Below, one piece after another: positions 7,844 through 17,190 of a stretch of DNA of 64,000 nt. Both the position numbers and the translations under genes were made by a program. Under the pieces are notes generated by a model that saw only the letters and a program-made list of their open reading frames with translations, searched no databases and was not told the DNA's origin. How positions within the stretch are numbered: position 1 is the first letter of the stretch; each line of letters opens with the position of its first letter. The DNA comes from Gammaproteobacteria bacterium. Its GTDB lineage: Bacteria > Pseudomonadota > Gammaproteobacteria > Eutrophobiales > Eutrophobiaceae. The stretch is taken from the NCBI GenBank assembly GCA_963923955.1, contig OZ000552.1, positions 1,914,150 through 1,978,149 on the forward strand. Direction: 5' to 3'.

Positions 7844-10746
7844 AGGAACCAACCATGCCTAAAAAGAAAACTGCAAAGAAAACTGCCAAGCAAGTAGAAA
7901 GCCTCGCTCATAAACAAGCGCGGCGGCGGCATATTCCTACTGCCGAGTATCAGTCCTTGCTGGATGAGGAACAACGCCGACCGCAGACGGTGACCTATGC
8001 CCGCAACCCGGATCTCGACCCGCAGCTCATCTGGCAGTGCGCGGAGGTGCCCTTATCGCAAGACCAGATTGAGGAATTGAAAGAAGGCAAGCCGATCACG
8101 CTGGAGCAGGCGCAGCTCATCTGGCGCGGCAAGGACAAGGCGGACCTGGCCGATCTCATCGTGGATGCTCCGCCGCTGTACATCCAGGAAAAAGTCCAGC
8201 CTAAGGCGCTGATTGACGACTTGCGCCGAGAAAGCGAGCAGAGCGAGGCCGAGCGCGCGAACCAAGAGACCGGCTTCACCGAAGACTTCTTTGCCGATTT
8301 CAACGGCCTATCCAGCGAGGCCGCCAAGACGGAGTTTTATCAACATGAGGCCAACTGGTCGAACCGCATGATCTTAGGCGATTCCTTGCAAGTGATAGCC
8401 AGCCTGGCCGGACGCGAGGGCCTGCGTGGGCGGGTGCAGTGCATCTATCTCGACCCGCCTTATGGCATCAAATTCAACTCTAATTTCCAGTTCTCCACCG
8501 CCAGCCGCGATGTCAAGGACGGCAAACCTGAGCACATCACGCGCGAGCCGGAGCAGGTAAAAGCCTTTCGCGACACCTGGCGCGACGGCATCCATTCGTA
8601 TCTAAGTTATCTGCGCGACCGGCTGACTGTGGCGCGTGATCTATTGACCGAATCAGGCAGCATCTTCGTGCAGATCGGCGATGAGAACGTGCATCGCGTA
8701 CGCTGCCTGATGGATGAGGTGTTTGGGGATGAGAATTTTGTAAGTTTAATCACTATTCAAAAAATGGCTGGTCTAGGATCTCAGTATCTTAAAGGTGCTT
8801 GTGATTATGTGATTTACTTTGGCCGTGATGCTACACGGACGAAATACCGTCAACTATTTTTTCCTAAGGTAGTAGGTAAAGGGCATGGTTCTGGCGCAAG
8901 ATATGATCAGGTTATCGATCCTTTTGGCAATCGGCTACCTATTAAGAAGGTTATTGACAATCTTGCCAAGTTTGAACAAGAAGGCTGGCATGTTGCCCAG
9001 CCTACTACGCTTACAACTTTCGGCTCCGGCGGATCTTCATTCTTCCCTGTAAACTTTCAGGGAGTTGAATATCTGCCCGCTGTAAACAAGGGTTGGCTTA
9101 CTCATACAGAAGGAATAAAGCGTTTAGAACAAGCAGGACGTATAATCCAGACTGGTAATTCTATTCGGTATGTGAGGCGATTAGCAGACCATCCTAGCTA
9201 CGAAATAAATAACATTTGGACAGATATAGCCAGCCCTCCTGACTTGGCATATGTTGTGCAAACATCTAAACGGTTGATAGAACGCTGCCTCCTAATGACC
9301 ACCGACCCGGGCGATCTGGTGTTGGATCCGACCTGCGGTTCCGGCACCACCGCGTACGTGGCCGAGCAATGGGGGCGACGCTGGATCACCATCGACACCT
9401 CGCGCGTGGCGCTTGCGCTGGCCCGGGCGCGGCTGATGGGCGCGCGCTATCCGTACTACCTGCTGGCCGACTCCGCCGACGGCCGCGCCAAAGAACAAGA
9501 ACTCGCCGGCAAGGCGCCGTCCACTACGCCCGCCGGCGGCGACATTCGTTTGGGTTTTGTGTATGAACGGGCGCCGCATATCACGCTGAAATCCATCGCC
9601 AACAACGCCGAGATCGATGTCATCTGGGAACGGTTTCAGGAGACGCTGGCGCCGCTGCGCGCAGCGCTGAATGCGGCCCTGGGCGAGCAGTGGGAGGAAT
9701 GGCAGGTGCCGCGCGAAGCCGATGCCGACTGGCCGGCGGCAGCGAAGCAGACCCATGCCGATTGGTGGGCGGGGCGCTTGGCGCGGCAGCAGGCGATCGA
9801 TGCGGCCATTACACACGGCGCGGCGGTGGAGCGTTTATACGACCGGCCGTATGAAGATCGCCGCCGGGTGCGGGTGGCCGGGCCCTTCACGGTGGAGAGC
9901 GCCTTGCCCTATCGCGCGCTGGGCGTGGGCGCGGACGATGAGTTGCTCGACCCGCTTGCGGCGCTGGCCGATGAAGCGCCCGACTTTGTGGCGATGATCC
10001 TGGAGAACTTAAAGGCCGCCGGCGTGCAGCAGGCGCACAAGGAAGACAAGCTGGATTTCAGCGCGCTGGAGCCGTGGCCGGGCAAGTTAATTTGCGCCGA
10101 AGGCACCTACAGCGAGGCGGACGGGGCGCAGCGGCATGCGGCGGTGTTTATCGGGCCGGAGTTCGGCACCGTGGCGCGCCGGGACTTGATGGCCGCGGCA
10201 CGCGAGGCGGTTGAGGCCGGCTTTGATGCGCTGATCGCGTGCGCCTTTAATTACGATGCGCATCTGGCTGAGGTGAACAAGCTGGGGCGGCTGCCTATCT
10301 TAAAGGCGCGCATGAATGCGGACTTGCACATGGCCGGTGAATTGAAAAACACCGACAAGGCCAATTTGTTCGTCATCTTCGGCGAGCCGGATATTGAGAT
10401 TGAGACGACCGACAAGGGGCAGCTGCGGGTGCGGATCATTGGCGTGGATGTGTTTGACCCGGCCAAGGGGGAGATCCGAAGCGATAACACGGACGGCATC
10501 GCCTGCTGGTTTATCGACACCGATTATAACGAGGAGAGTTTCTTTGTGCGCCATGCGTATTTCCTGGGCGCCAATGACCCGTACAAATCGCTGAAGACCA
10601 CGCTGCAAGCCGAGATCAACGAGGCGGCCTGGGCGAGCTTGCACAGCGATGTCTCCCGCCCCTTTGATAAGCCCGCCAGCGGCCGCATCGCGGTCAAAGT
10701 CATCAACCGCTTGGGCGATGAAGTGATGAAGGTGTTTGGGGTTTAG
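7840..10746 (+). CDS. mod: Type III-like DNA methyltransferase Mod subunit (beta-class N6A/N4C)
   Basis: 968-aa ORF. Motif IV IYLDPPYGIKFNSNF precedes motif I VLDPTCGSGTTAYVAEQWGRRWITID, which is the beta-class order. ATG 7840 overlaps the ORF6N stop. An alternative ATG at 7855 is preceded by GAAGGA. Confidence 0.85.
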   Translation: MKEPTMPKKKTAKKTAKQVESLAHKQARRRHIPTAEYQSLLDEEQRRPQTVTYARNPDLDPQLIWQCAEVPLSQDQIEELKEGKPITLEQAQLIWRGKDKADLADLIVDAPPLYIQEKVQPKALIDDLRRESEQSEAERANQETGFTEDFFADFNGLSSEAAKTEFYQHEANWSNRMILGDSLQVIASLAGREGLRGRVQCIYLDPPYGIKFNSNFQFSTASRDVKDGKPEHITREPEQVKAFRDTWRDGIHSYLSYLRDRLTVARDLLTESGSIFVQIGDENVHRVRCLMDEVFGDENFVSLITIQKMAGLGSQYLKGACDYVIYFGRDATRTKYRQLFFPKVVGKGHGSGARYDQVIDPFGNRLPIKKVIDNLAKFEQEGWHVAQPTTLTTFGSGGSSFFPVNFQGVEYLPAVNKGWLTHTEGIKRLEQAGRIIQTGNSIRYVRRLADHPSYEINNIWTDIASPPDLAYVVQTSKRLIERCLLMTTDPGDLVLDPTCGSGTTAYVAEQWGRRWITIDTSRVALALARARLMGARYPYYLLADSADGRAKEQELAGKAPSTTPAGGDIRLGFVYERAPHITLKSIANNAEIDVIWERFQETLAPLRAALNAALGEQWEEWQVPREADADWPAAAKQTHADWWAGRLARQQAIDAAITHGAAVERLYDRPYEDRRRVRVAGPFTVESALPYRALGVGADDELLDPLAALADEAPDFVAMILENLKAAGVQQAHKEDKLDFSALEPWPGKLICAEGTYSEADGAQRHAAVFIGPEFGTVARRDLMAAAREAVEAGFDALIACAFNYDAHLAEVNKLGRLPILKARMNADLHMAGELKNTDKANLFVIFGEPDIEIETTDKGQLRVRIIGVDVFDPAKGEIRSDNTDGIACWFIDTDYNEESFFVRHAYFLGANDPYKSLKTTLQAEINEAAWASLHSDVSRPFDKPASGRIAVKVINRLGDEVMKVFGV

Positions 10747-10770
10747 GGGCTTCGCCGTTAGTATGGCGTG

Positions 10771-10945
10771 ATGAAGCCCGATATTCCTGATCGCTTGCCT
10801 CTTGAAGGGCTGGATTATGCCAGGCTGTTCCAATGGGCGGGGGCAGGCTGATGTAAGCCTTGGCGCGCTATGATGGCTTGTTGCAGGGTATTCCTAACCC
10901 GGCGGTGAGGTGATCGCCCCCGGCTACGCAAGCGGCCGGGCAAGG
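10771..10945 (+). pseudogene. Remnant of a Fic-family protein N-terminal domain
   Basis: MKPDIPDRLPLEGLDYARLFQW runs into a stop. A second frame then reads ALARYDGLLQGIPNPAV followed by a stop. This resembles the Fic N-terminal consensus (A.aLaryDG.L..iPNp..L). The remnant is cut off by the 3' end of the 10948-12240 gene. Confidence 0.55.
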
Positions 10946-10947
10946 GC

Positions 10948-12240
10948 TTATTTTCTGTAAATAAACGATGGTTCTGCATCCAGCTTCCGGTAACGCTCGC
11001 CCAAGCGGGTGGAACGCGATACCATGGGCAGCATTTGCCCGGCAATGATCACCTGCTCGGCGCGGGTCAGTAATTCCAGCGGGTCGCCGCTCCAGATCAC
11101 CAGATCAGCTTGCTTGCCCGGCTCGATACTGCCGAAGCGCTCGGCAAAGCCAAAGACCTGCGCCGGATACAGGCTCATCGCCTTGATCGCTTCCTCTATG
11201 GGCAGGCCATAGGACACGGCATTGCCGGCGGCTTGGCGTACCAAGTGGGCGGCATGGGTCTCCATGATAAAGTTCATGCGCGACAACAATATTTTCACGC
11301 CCGCCTCGTGTAACAAGCGGGCATTGTCAAAACGGGCACCTAAGCGATCAAAATTCGCCGGTAAGTTGGCCATGGGATTGAGGATCACGGGTACCCCGGC
11401 GCGGGCGATTTCCGCGGCCACCATCCAGCCCTCGGTGGCACCGGCCAGCACCAGGTTCAGCTGAAACTCTTGGGCCAAATCCAGCATTTTCTTTATATCA
11501 CTGGCCTTCTCGACCTTAACGACAAAGGGCTTGCTTGCGTTCAACACCGGCAGCAAGGCCGCCAGATCATGCAGCGGCAAACTCAGCGTGCGCCACTTGC
11601 CGGTGCGGATTGCCTGACGATTTTTGCCATACTCTCTTGCATCCAGCAGGGCATGGCGCATTTTTATATAGGCAGCCGCGCGTGAGCCGCCGGCCATCTC
11701 ACCACCAGCGCTGCCGAAGTTGGCGAATACGGCGACACTGTCATCGATCACCACCATATCCGGATCATCGCTTAAGCGAATGGCTGCGCCCTGACCGGCA
11801 AAGAGATGATGGCCGGAACCCGGTACCACGATCGCCTGCGTCAAGCCATGTGTGCGGTTATAGGGGATCAGGGTGGAATAGGGATTGATGCCGGCGGCGA
11901 TGGCAAAGGAAGCGCTGTACTGCTCGTCTTTGGTTGTGGCATCCACGGTTTGCGCAATCAGATTGATTTCCAGTAATCCCAGGCGCGTATAGGAGTTCAC
12001 CAATCCGGGGGTGATTTGCTTACCGCTTGCATCGATGCGCATGGCGTCAGGGCCGGCCTCTACTTGCTCCCCGACCGCAGCAATTCTGCCCTCCCGTATC
12101 AGGATACTGCCGTTTTCGATCAAGCCGGCATCCGTTGCCGTATAGACCTTGGCGTTTTGTATGAGAACATCCGCAGCAAACAGACCAAAGGATGCCAGGC
12201 CAAGCGATACAAGGGTGCTGAGATAAGCTAAGTTTCTCAT
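10948..12240 (-). CDS. Secreted amidohydrolase-family protein
   Basis: 430-aa ORF with the signal peptide MRNLAYLSTLVSLGLASFGLFA. It has amidohydrolase-type N-terminal beta-sandwich and TIM-barrel sequence. It overlaps its paralogous upstream partner by 4 nt. Confidence 0.7.
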   Translation of the reverse strand: MRNLAYLSTLVSLGLASFGLFAADVLIQNAKVYTATDAGLIENGSILIREGRIAAVGEQVEAGPDAMRIDASGKQITPGLVNSYTRLGLLEINLIAQTVDATTKDEQYSASFAIAAGINPYSTLIPYNRTHGLTQAIVVPGSGHHLFAGQGAAIRLSDDPDMVVIDDSVAVFANFGSAGGEMAGGSRAAAYIKMRHALLDAREYGKNRQAIRTGKWRTLSLPLHDLAALLPVLNASKPFVVKVEKASDIKKMLDLAQEFQLNLVLAGATEGWMVAAEIARAGVPVILNPMANLPANFDRLGARFDNARLLHEAGVKILLSRMNFIMETHAAHLVRQAAGNAVSYGLPIEEAIKAMSLYPAQVFGFAERFGSIEPGKQADLVIWSGDPLELLTRAEQVIIAGQMLPMVSRSTRLGERYRKLDAEPSFIYRK

Positions 12241-13658
12241 AGCCGTTCTCCTCCGGGGTCAACAATCCCCAAATCGAAATCCGTGACCGGCTGCCGGTTT
12301 TTGTTATTGCGGTCATACACCAGCACCCCGTCGATGAACACCTTTTCCGTCTTGGTGTAGATGCTGAAAGGATCGCCGTCCCAGATTACCAAGTCGGCCA
12401 TCTTGCCCGGCTCCAGACTGCCGGTCTGCTCGGCAATGCCCAAAGCCCGGGCCGGATTGAGCGTGATCCATTTTATCGCCTGCGCCCGGTCGATCTGATA
12501 ACCTGCCCCTCTGCCGGCCGCCATGATCTTCGCCGCCTCCTGATTTAGGTGCTGAATGGTAATGGCCGAATCAGAATGCACGATGGCACAGCCGCCGGCC
12601 TGGTCGACCATGACGACATTCTCCTCCACCATGTCGAAGGCTTCGTGCTTAAAGCCCCACCACTCCGGCCACATGGCCGCGCAAACGCCGTTCTCGGCCA
12701 GGATGTCGGCGACCTTGTAGGCTTCGATGGCATGATGAAAGGCCGTGATCCGGTAGCCGAACTCCTTGGCGATGTCCAGCATCACCGCCATTTCCTCGCC
12801 CCGGTAGCAATGGTTATGCACCAGAATATTCCCGCGCAGCACCTCAACCAGGGTCTCCAGTTGCAAATCCCGCTCCGGCTTGTCGGCTTCCTCGCCTTTG
12901 GCTCGTTTTTCCTCGTACTTCTCCCATTTGCGTTTATATTCTACCGCCTTTATCCAGGCCGCCCGATAACCGGCAACGTTGGCCATGCGCGTGGCCGGGG
13001 CCTTCTTCATGTCGCCATAAACCCGCTTCGGGTTCTCACCACAGGCCATCTTCAGGCCATGCGGTGCGCCGGGAAACTTCATCCCTTGCACCGTGCGCGC
13101 CGGTAAGTTTTTCAAGGTCACGCTGCGGCCACCGAAGAGATTCGCCGAGCCGGGAAGAACTTGCAGGGAAGTCACCCCGCCTGCTAGGGCCAGGGTAAAT
13201 TGCGGGTCTTGTGTCCACACCGAATGCTCGGCCCAGACCTGGGCGGTATTGGGACTGGTGATTTCATTGCCGTCCCGGTTGCCCTCATGGCTCGGGGCGG
13301 CATAGACGCCCATGTGCGAATGCACGTCAATGAGGCCGGGCGTCAGCCACTTGCCCCTTGCATCGATCACAACGGCCGCAGTGGGAATACGGATTTGTCG
13401 GCCAAGCGCCTTGATGCGGCCATCACCCAGCAAAATGGATGCATTATCAAGACGGGCACCGGTTCCGATCAGGATCGTTGCATTGGTGATCGCTACCGGC
13501 GCTGCGCGCATGGGCTGATACGTGCCGGGAAAGGCGACCCGCGTTGTTTTTGCTTCTTGCGCAGCCTCCGTCCGGGTACGCTGATCTGCGCAGGCAAGCG
13601 GAAAAACCAGCAAAAAAACCAACAGTCCCGCCAAACCTTTGCTCTTTGCTTTCATCAT
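12237..13658 (-). CDS. Secreted amidohydrolase-family metallohydrolase
   Basis: 473-aa ORF with the N-terminal signal sequence MMKAKSKGLAGLLVFLLVFPLACA. It has the metal-binding motif GLIDVHSHMG and a conserved C-terminal GSLEPGKMADLVIWDGDP. Confidence 0.75.
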   Translation of the reverse strand: MMKAKSKGLAGLLVFLLVFPLACADQRTRTEAAQEAKTTRVAFPGTYQPMRAAPVAITNATILIGTGARLDNASILLGDGRIKALGRQIRIPTAAVVIDARGKWLTPGLIDVHSHMGVYAAPSHEGNRDGNEITSPNTAQVWAEHSVWTQDPQFTLALAGGVTSLQVLPGSANLFGGRSVTLKNLPARTVQGMKFPGAPHGLKMACGENPKRVYGDMKKAPATRMANVAGYRAAWIKAVEYKRKWEKYEEKRAKGEEADKPERDLQLETLVEVLRGNILVHNHCYRGEEMAVMLDIAKEFGYRITAFHHAIEAYKVADILAENGVCAAMWPEWWGFKHEAFDMVEENVVMVDQAGGCAIVHSDSAITIQHLNQEAAKIMAAGRGAGYQIDRAQAIKWITLNPARALGIAEQTGSLEPGKMADLVIWDGDPFSIYTKTEKVFIDGVLVYDRNNKNRQPVTDFDLGIVDPGGERL

Positions 13659-13915
13659 TACTTCTCCGAAAAATGCTATTCACCAAAGACAATGCCGTCA
13701 TTCCAATCCGGCTCACAGGTGCGGCAGACCGGCAAGCCCGTGCCGCGAGATAAGTAGTCGGCGCATTCATCCAAGAGCGTACTCCGCATGTAAGAAGACG
13801 GCAACCTCGTTGTTTATAACTCATCATTAAAATTGTTGTCCATAACTCGTCATCTTCCAACAGCGTCTCTGTTCGCAGTGTTATACAATTCCCGTTTTTC
13901 ACCGCTTAAAAAAAC

Positions 13916-14536
13916 ATGGCCAAAGACCAACGCACCGTCCTGCGCCGGCTATTCATCACGTGCTACAAAATCTTGATCGATCGCCTGGTTGTGCCACAAC
14001 TTGCGCGCCTGGGCGGCGATGTCTTGGTGATCGGCGCGGGCAAGGAGTCGTATCGCAAACTGGTGCCGGGTGCGGCGACCCTCACCTGCACGGATATTGC
14101 AGCCAGCGAGCAGCTTGACTTGATGGCCGATGCCCACGCCCTGCCGTTTCGGGAGCAATCCTTTGACGCCGTCATCCTCATCGATGTGCTGGAGCACCTG
14201 CAAGACCCGCAGCAGGCGACAGCCGAGCAGCAGCGCATCTTGCGAGCCGGCGGCGTGGTCATGGCAGTGGCGCCCTTTCTGTTTCATGTGCATGGCGACC
14301 CGCTTGATTTCCAGCGATTTACCGAACACGGGCTGGCGGTGCTGTTCAAGGATTTCTCGCAGGCCCACATTCATCCCTTCGGTAATCGTCTGCATGTGAT
14401 CCTCGATATTTTAAGCACCGGCGGCCCTTTGCCTGCACTCGCCCTGCGGGTGTTTAGCCACCTCCTCACCCTGCCGCCCCTGCTGTGGACGAGCCGGGAT
14501 TGCCCCAGCGGCTATGTGGTGAAGGCGGTAAAATGA
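13916..14536 (+). CDS. Class I SAM-dependent methyltransferase
   Basis: 206-aa ORF. The motif I region is VLVIGAGKESY. The Methyltransf_11-like core is DAHALPFREQSFDAVILIDVLEHL..ILRAGGVV. Confidence 0.65.
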   Translation: MAKDQRTVLRRLFITCYKILIDRLVVPQLARLGGDVLVIGAGKESYRKLVPGAATLTCTDIAASEQLDLMADAHALPFREQSFDAVILIDVLEHLQDPQQATAEQQRILRAGGVVMAVAPFLFHVHGDPLDFQRFTEHGLAVLFKDFSQAHIHPFGNRLHVILDILSTGGPLPALALRVFSHLLTLPPLLWTSRDCPSGYVVKAVK

Positions 14537-14611
14537 ACAGCGCCCGCGGTCAAGCCATGAAAAAAACATCATCCGGCGCATGGGCATGAGATTGAGAATG
14601 AGGATAAAGCC

Positions 14612-15148
14612 ATGAAAAAACCCGGCCCTGTGAACCCCTTCGCCGCAGCTTTTTTAAGGGCTTGTTCCCATGCCCTGTTGGCCGCCTTTTTTGTCTGCAT
14701 AATCTGGTGGGTGCTCACCGCGGCGGGGGTGCCGGAGGCGCTGGCCGTTGGTATTGGTCTTGCCTTTGCGCTTGCGCCCGGGGCCTATGATTACCTGGGG
14801 CAGGACCTGCTCGGCCGACGCATTGATGAGCCTGATCCGCTGGAGAGTAATGATCCCTTTTTGAAGTTTCGTGAGGGGAAGTATTCCCGCCGCCGCGATG
14901 AGGGCCTCAATGCCAGCGACTTTGTCTTCATCGCCCGCTTGCTGAAACCGAAGTACCAGCCGCTGGCGGCGCTCATCGCCGAGTTGGACTTGCCGCAGTG
15001 GCGCAAGCTCAATCCGGACAGTGATCTGGTGGAGGCGGTGATGGAAAGCCTGAGCGATGAGATTGATGAGACGCCGCACTGGGCGCGGGACAAAAAGCTG
15101 CCCTTGTATCCGCTCTTCCTGCTGGACTTGCTGGAGTGCCTACACTAG
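14612..15148 (+). CDS. Hypothetical membrane-anchored protein
   Basis: 178-aa ORF with two predicted N-terminal hydrophobic helices and coding-like codon usage. I recognised no family. Confidence 0.45.
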   Translation: MKKPGPVNPFAAAFLRACSHALLAAFFVCIIWWVLTAAGVPEALAVGIGLAFALAPGAYDYLGQDLLGRRIDEPDPLESNDPFLKFREGKYSRRRDEGLNASDFVFIARLLKPKYQPLAALIAELDLPQWRKLNPDSDLVEAVMESLSDEIDETPHWARDKKLPLYPLFLLDLLECLH

Positions 15149-15369
15149 GAACTCGGTATTGATTACGTCTTTGATGAAGAAAAACGCGGCAGCCTGGCAA
15201 AACAAAGCAGCGAGCCGGGCGCGCAGTATCATTGAAATCTCAGAGTTTGATCTTGTCCGGTTGATGATAAAATTCAAAACTTGCGCAAGCGTTTCTTTTC
15301 TCTTGTACTGGAAAGCCGAAAGCTCTGCCCCGATAATGTGCCCACTAATGCCCGGAGAAAATTGCCGCT

Positions 15370-16908
15370 ATGAAGGCACTGCGCTTGCTACTCGGTGATC
15401 AGCTTTCAGAGTCTGTGTCCAGCCTCAAGGGATATAGGCCGCAGACAGACATCATTCTCATGTGCGAGGTTCGGGATGAGGCCACCTATGTTCAACACCA
15501 CAAGAAGAAGATCGCTTTCCTCTTCTCCGCCATGCGCCATTTTGCTCAGGAACTCCGGCACAAGGGCTATCGCATTCACTACACAAAACTGGATGACCCC
15601 AAGAATACAGGCTCATTCAAGGGCGAGGTAGCGCGTCTCCTGCACTATCACGCCTGTGAGCGTATTATCGTGACCCATCCGGGCGAATATCGGGTGTTGG
15701 CAGACATAAAGAGCTGGCAATCCGAACTCGGCCTGCCGGTTGAAATACTGCCCGATGATCGCTTCTTATGCTCACCGGAAACATTTGCAGATTGGGCCGA
15801 AGACCGTGCACAGTTACGGATGGAATATTTCTATCGCAAAATGCGCACAACATACAATATCCTGATGCAGGGGCATAAACCGCTGGGCGGGCGCTGGAAT
15901 TATGATGCTGAGAATCGCAAGCCGCCTAAAGAAGGTCTGTCTATTCCCTCTCCTTATGTGGGCTCCGTGGATGAGATCACACAGGAAGTAATGGCCCTTG
16001 TTGCAGAGCGATTCAGCACCCATTTTGGGGCGCTTGAACCGTTTTATTTTTCCGTCACCCGCGCCCAAGCCCTGCATGTCCTTGCGCAATTTATCCAACA
16101 GCGTCTTACGCACTTCGGGGATTATCAGGATGCCATGCTGCAAGGAGAGCCGTGGATGTATCATTCCCAGATCAGTTTTTATCTAAATTGTGGCCTGCTG
16201 CTGCCGCTTGAATGTGTGCAGGCTGCTGCGAATGCTTATGCACAAGGTACGGCACCGCTTAATGCTGTAGAGGGTTTTATCCGCCAAATCATCGGTTGGC
16301 GAGAATATGTGCGCGGGGTCTATTGGCTGAAAATGCCTGCCTACGCAGCTGAGAATTTCCTTGCGGCCACACGTCCGCTGCCGGAGTTCTATTGGACGGC
16401 CAAAACAAAGATGAATTGTCTGCGCCAATGTATTCTACAGACAAAACAAAATGCCTACGCCCATCATATTCAGCGCTTGATGGTGCTGGGCAATTTTGCC
16501 CTGCTTGCCGGCATTCACCCAGAGCAGGTCAATAAATGGTTCTTGATTGTTTATGCCGATGCCTATGAGTGGGTCGAGCTTCCCAATGTATCGGGGATGA
16601 TTCTCTTTGCCGATGGCGGCTATCTGGCGAGCAAGCCCTATGCCGCCGGCGGAGGTTATATCCACAAGATGTCTGATTATTGCCGGCGTTGCACCTACTT
16701 GGTGACAAAGAAGAATGGCCGGCAAGCCTGCCCATTCAATTATCTCTATTGGGATTTTTTAGATCGCAATCGGGAAAAACTGCAAGCCAACCCCCGCATG
16801 GGCATGATGTATAAAACCTTTGCTCGCATGAGCGACAGCAAGAAAAAGGCCATTCGTGATGATAGCCGCAGATTTTTAGCGCGCATGGCGCATGAAGAAG
16901 AAGTCTGA
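15370..16908 (+). CDS. FeS-BCP type cryptochrome/(6-4) photolyase family protein (PhrB/CryB-like)
   Basis: 512-aa ORF with an N-terminus typical of the photolyase-related family ([12 protein letters not shown]). It has a four-Cys set (NCLRQC, then C-x2-C-x12-C in [26 protein letters not shown]). The last three cysteines have the same spacing as the [4Fe-4S] ligands of PhrB. Confidence 0.8.
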   Translation: MKALRLLLGDQLSESVSSLKGYRPQTDIILMCEVRDEATYVQHHKKKIAFLFSAMRHFAQELRHKGYRIHYTKLDDPKNTGSFKGEVARLLHYHACERIIVTHPGEYRVLADIKSWQSELGLPVEILPDDRFLCSPETFADWAEDRAQLRMEYFYRKMRTTYNILMQGHKPLGGRWNYDAENRKPPKEGLSIPSPYVGSVDEITQEVMALVAERFSTHFGALEPFYFSVTRAQALHVLAQFIQQRLTHFGDYQDAMLQGEPWMYHSQISFYLNCGLLLPLECVQAAANAYAQGTAPLNAVEGFIRQIIGWREYVRGVYWLKMPAYAAENFLAATRPLPEFYWTAKTKMNCLRQCILQTKQNAYAHHIQRLMVLGNFALLAGIHPEQVNKWFLIVYADAYEWVELPNVSGMILFADGGYLASKPYAAGGGYIHKMSDYCRRCTYLVTKKNGRQACPFNYLYWDFLDRNREKLQANPRMGMMYKTFARMSDSKKKAIRDDSRRFLARMAHEEEV

Positions 16909-17020
16909 ATTGCCGCAGAAAATATGCCCTGTTTGCAGGCGTTCCTTTCGCTGGCGCAAAAAATGGGCGCGGGCCTGGCATGAGGTGAAATACTGCTCAA
17001 AGGCCTGTGCCCGATCTTAA
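16892..17020 (+). CDS. DUF2256-type small zinc-ribbon protein (42 aa)
   Basis: It falls below the ORF-track size cut-off. The ATG at 16892 gives [42 protein letters not shown] with a stop at 17018-17020. The CPVC...W.KKW...W.EVKYCS..C pattern matches DUF2256. The gene overlaps the photolyase 3' end by 17 nt. Confidence 0.7.
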   Translation: MKKKSELPQKICPVCRRSFRWRKKWARAWHEVKYCSKACARS

Positions 17021-17112
17021 ACAAGGGAACTTGACTGGATAAGGGACACAAAGATGCCCCTTGCTCCTAACCGTATGAATTGGCGGCCGCCACCAATCCC
17101 GCACTCCGAACA

Positions 17113-17134
17113 GCGAAGGCGGAAGGGCCTTCGC
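17113..17134. terminator. Hairpin between convergent genes (possible bidirectional terminator)
   Basis: GCGAAGGC-GGAAGG-GCCTTCGC forms a perfect 8-bp GC-rich stem. No clear U-tract follows on either strand. Confidence 0.35.
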
Positions 17135-17190
17135 CCTGTGAAGCCTTGCGGGAATTTTGGCCAGTTTCAAGTCACAAACACTGCCGTCCC

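Noticed and set aside
10747-10790. GGGCTTC-N19-GAAGCCC inverted repeat after mod as a terminator
   Set aside because: The loop is large, no U-tract follows, and it overlaps the start of the Fic remnant. The evidence is insufficient.
15255-15300. Palindromic CTTGCGCAAG followed by a T-rich run, upstream of the photolyase gene, as a terminator
   Set aside because: The palindrome has no loop, so it cannot form a sensible hairpin. It lies about 130 nt after the preceding stop. It could be a protein-binding site, but I cannot support that.
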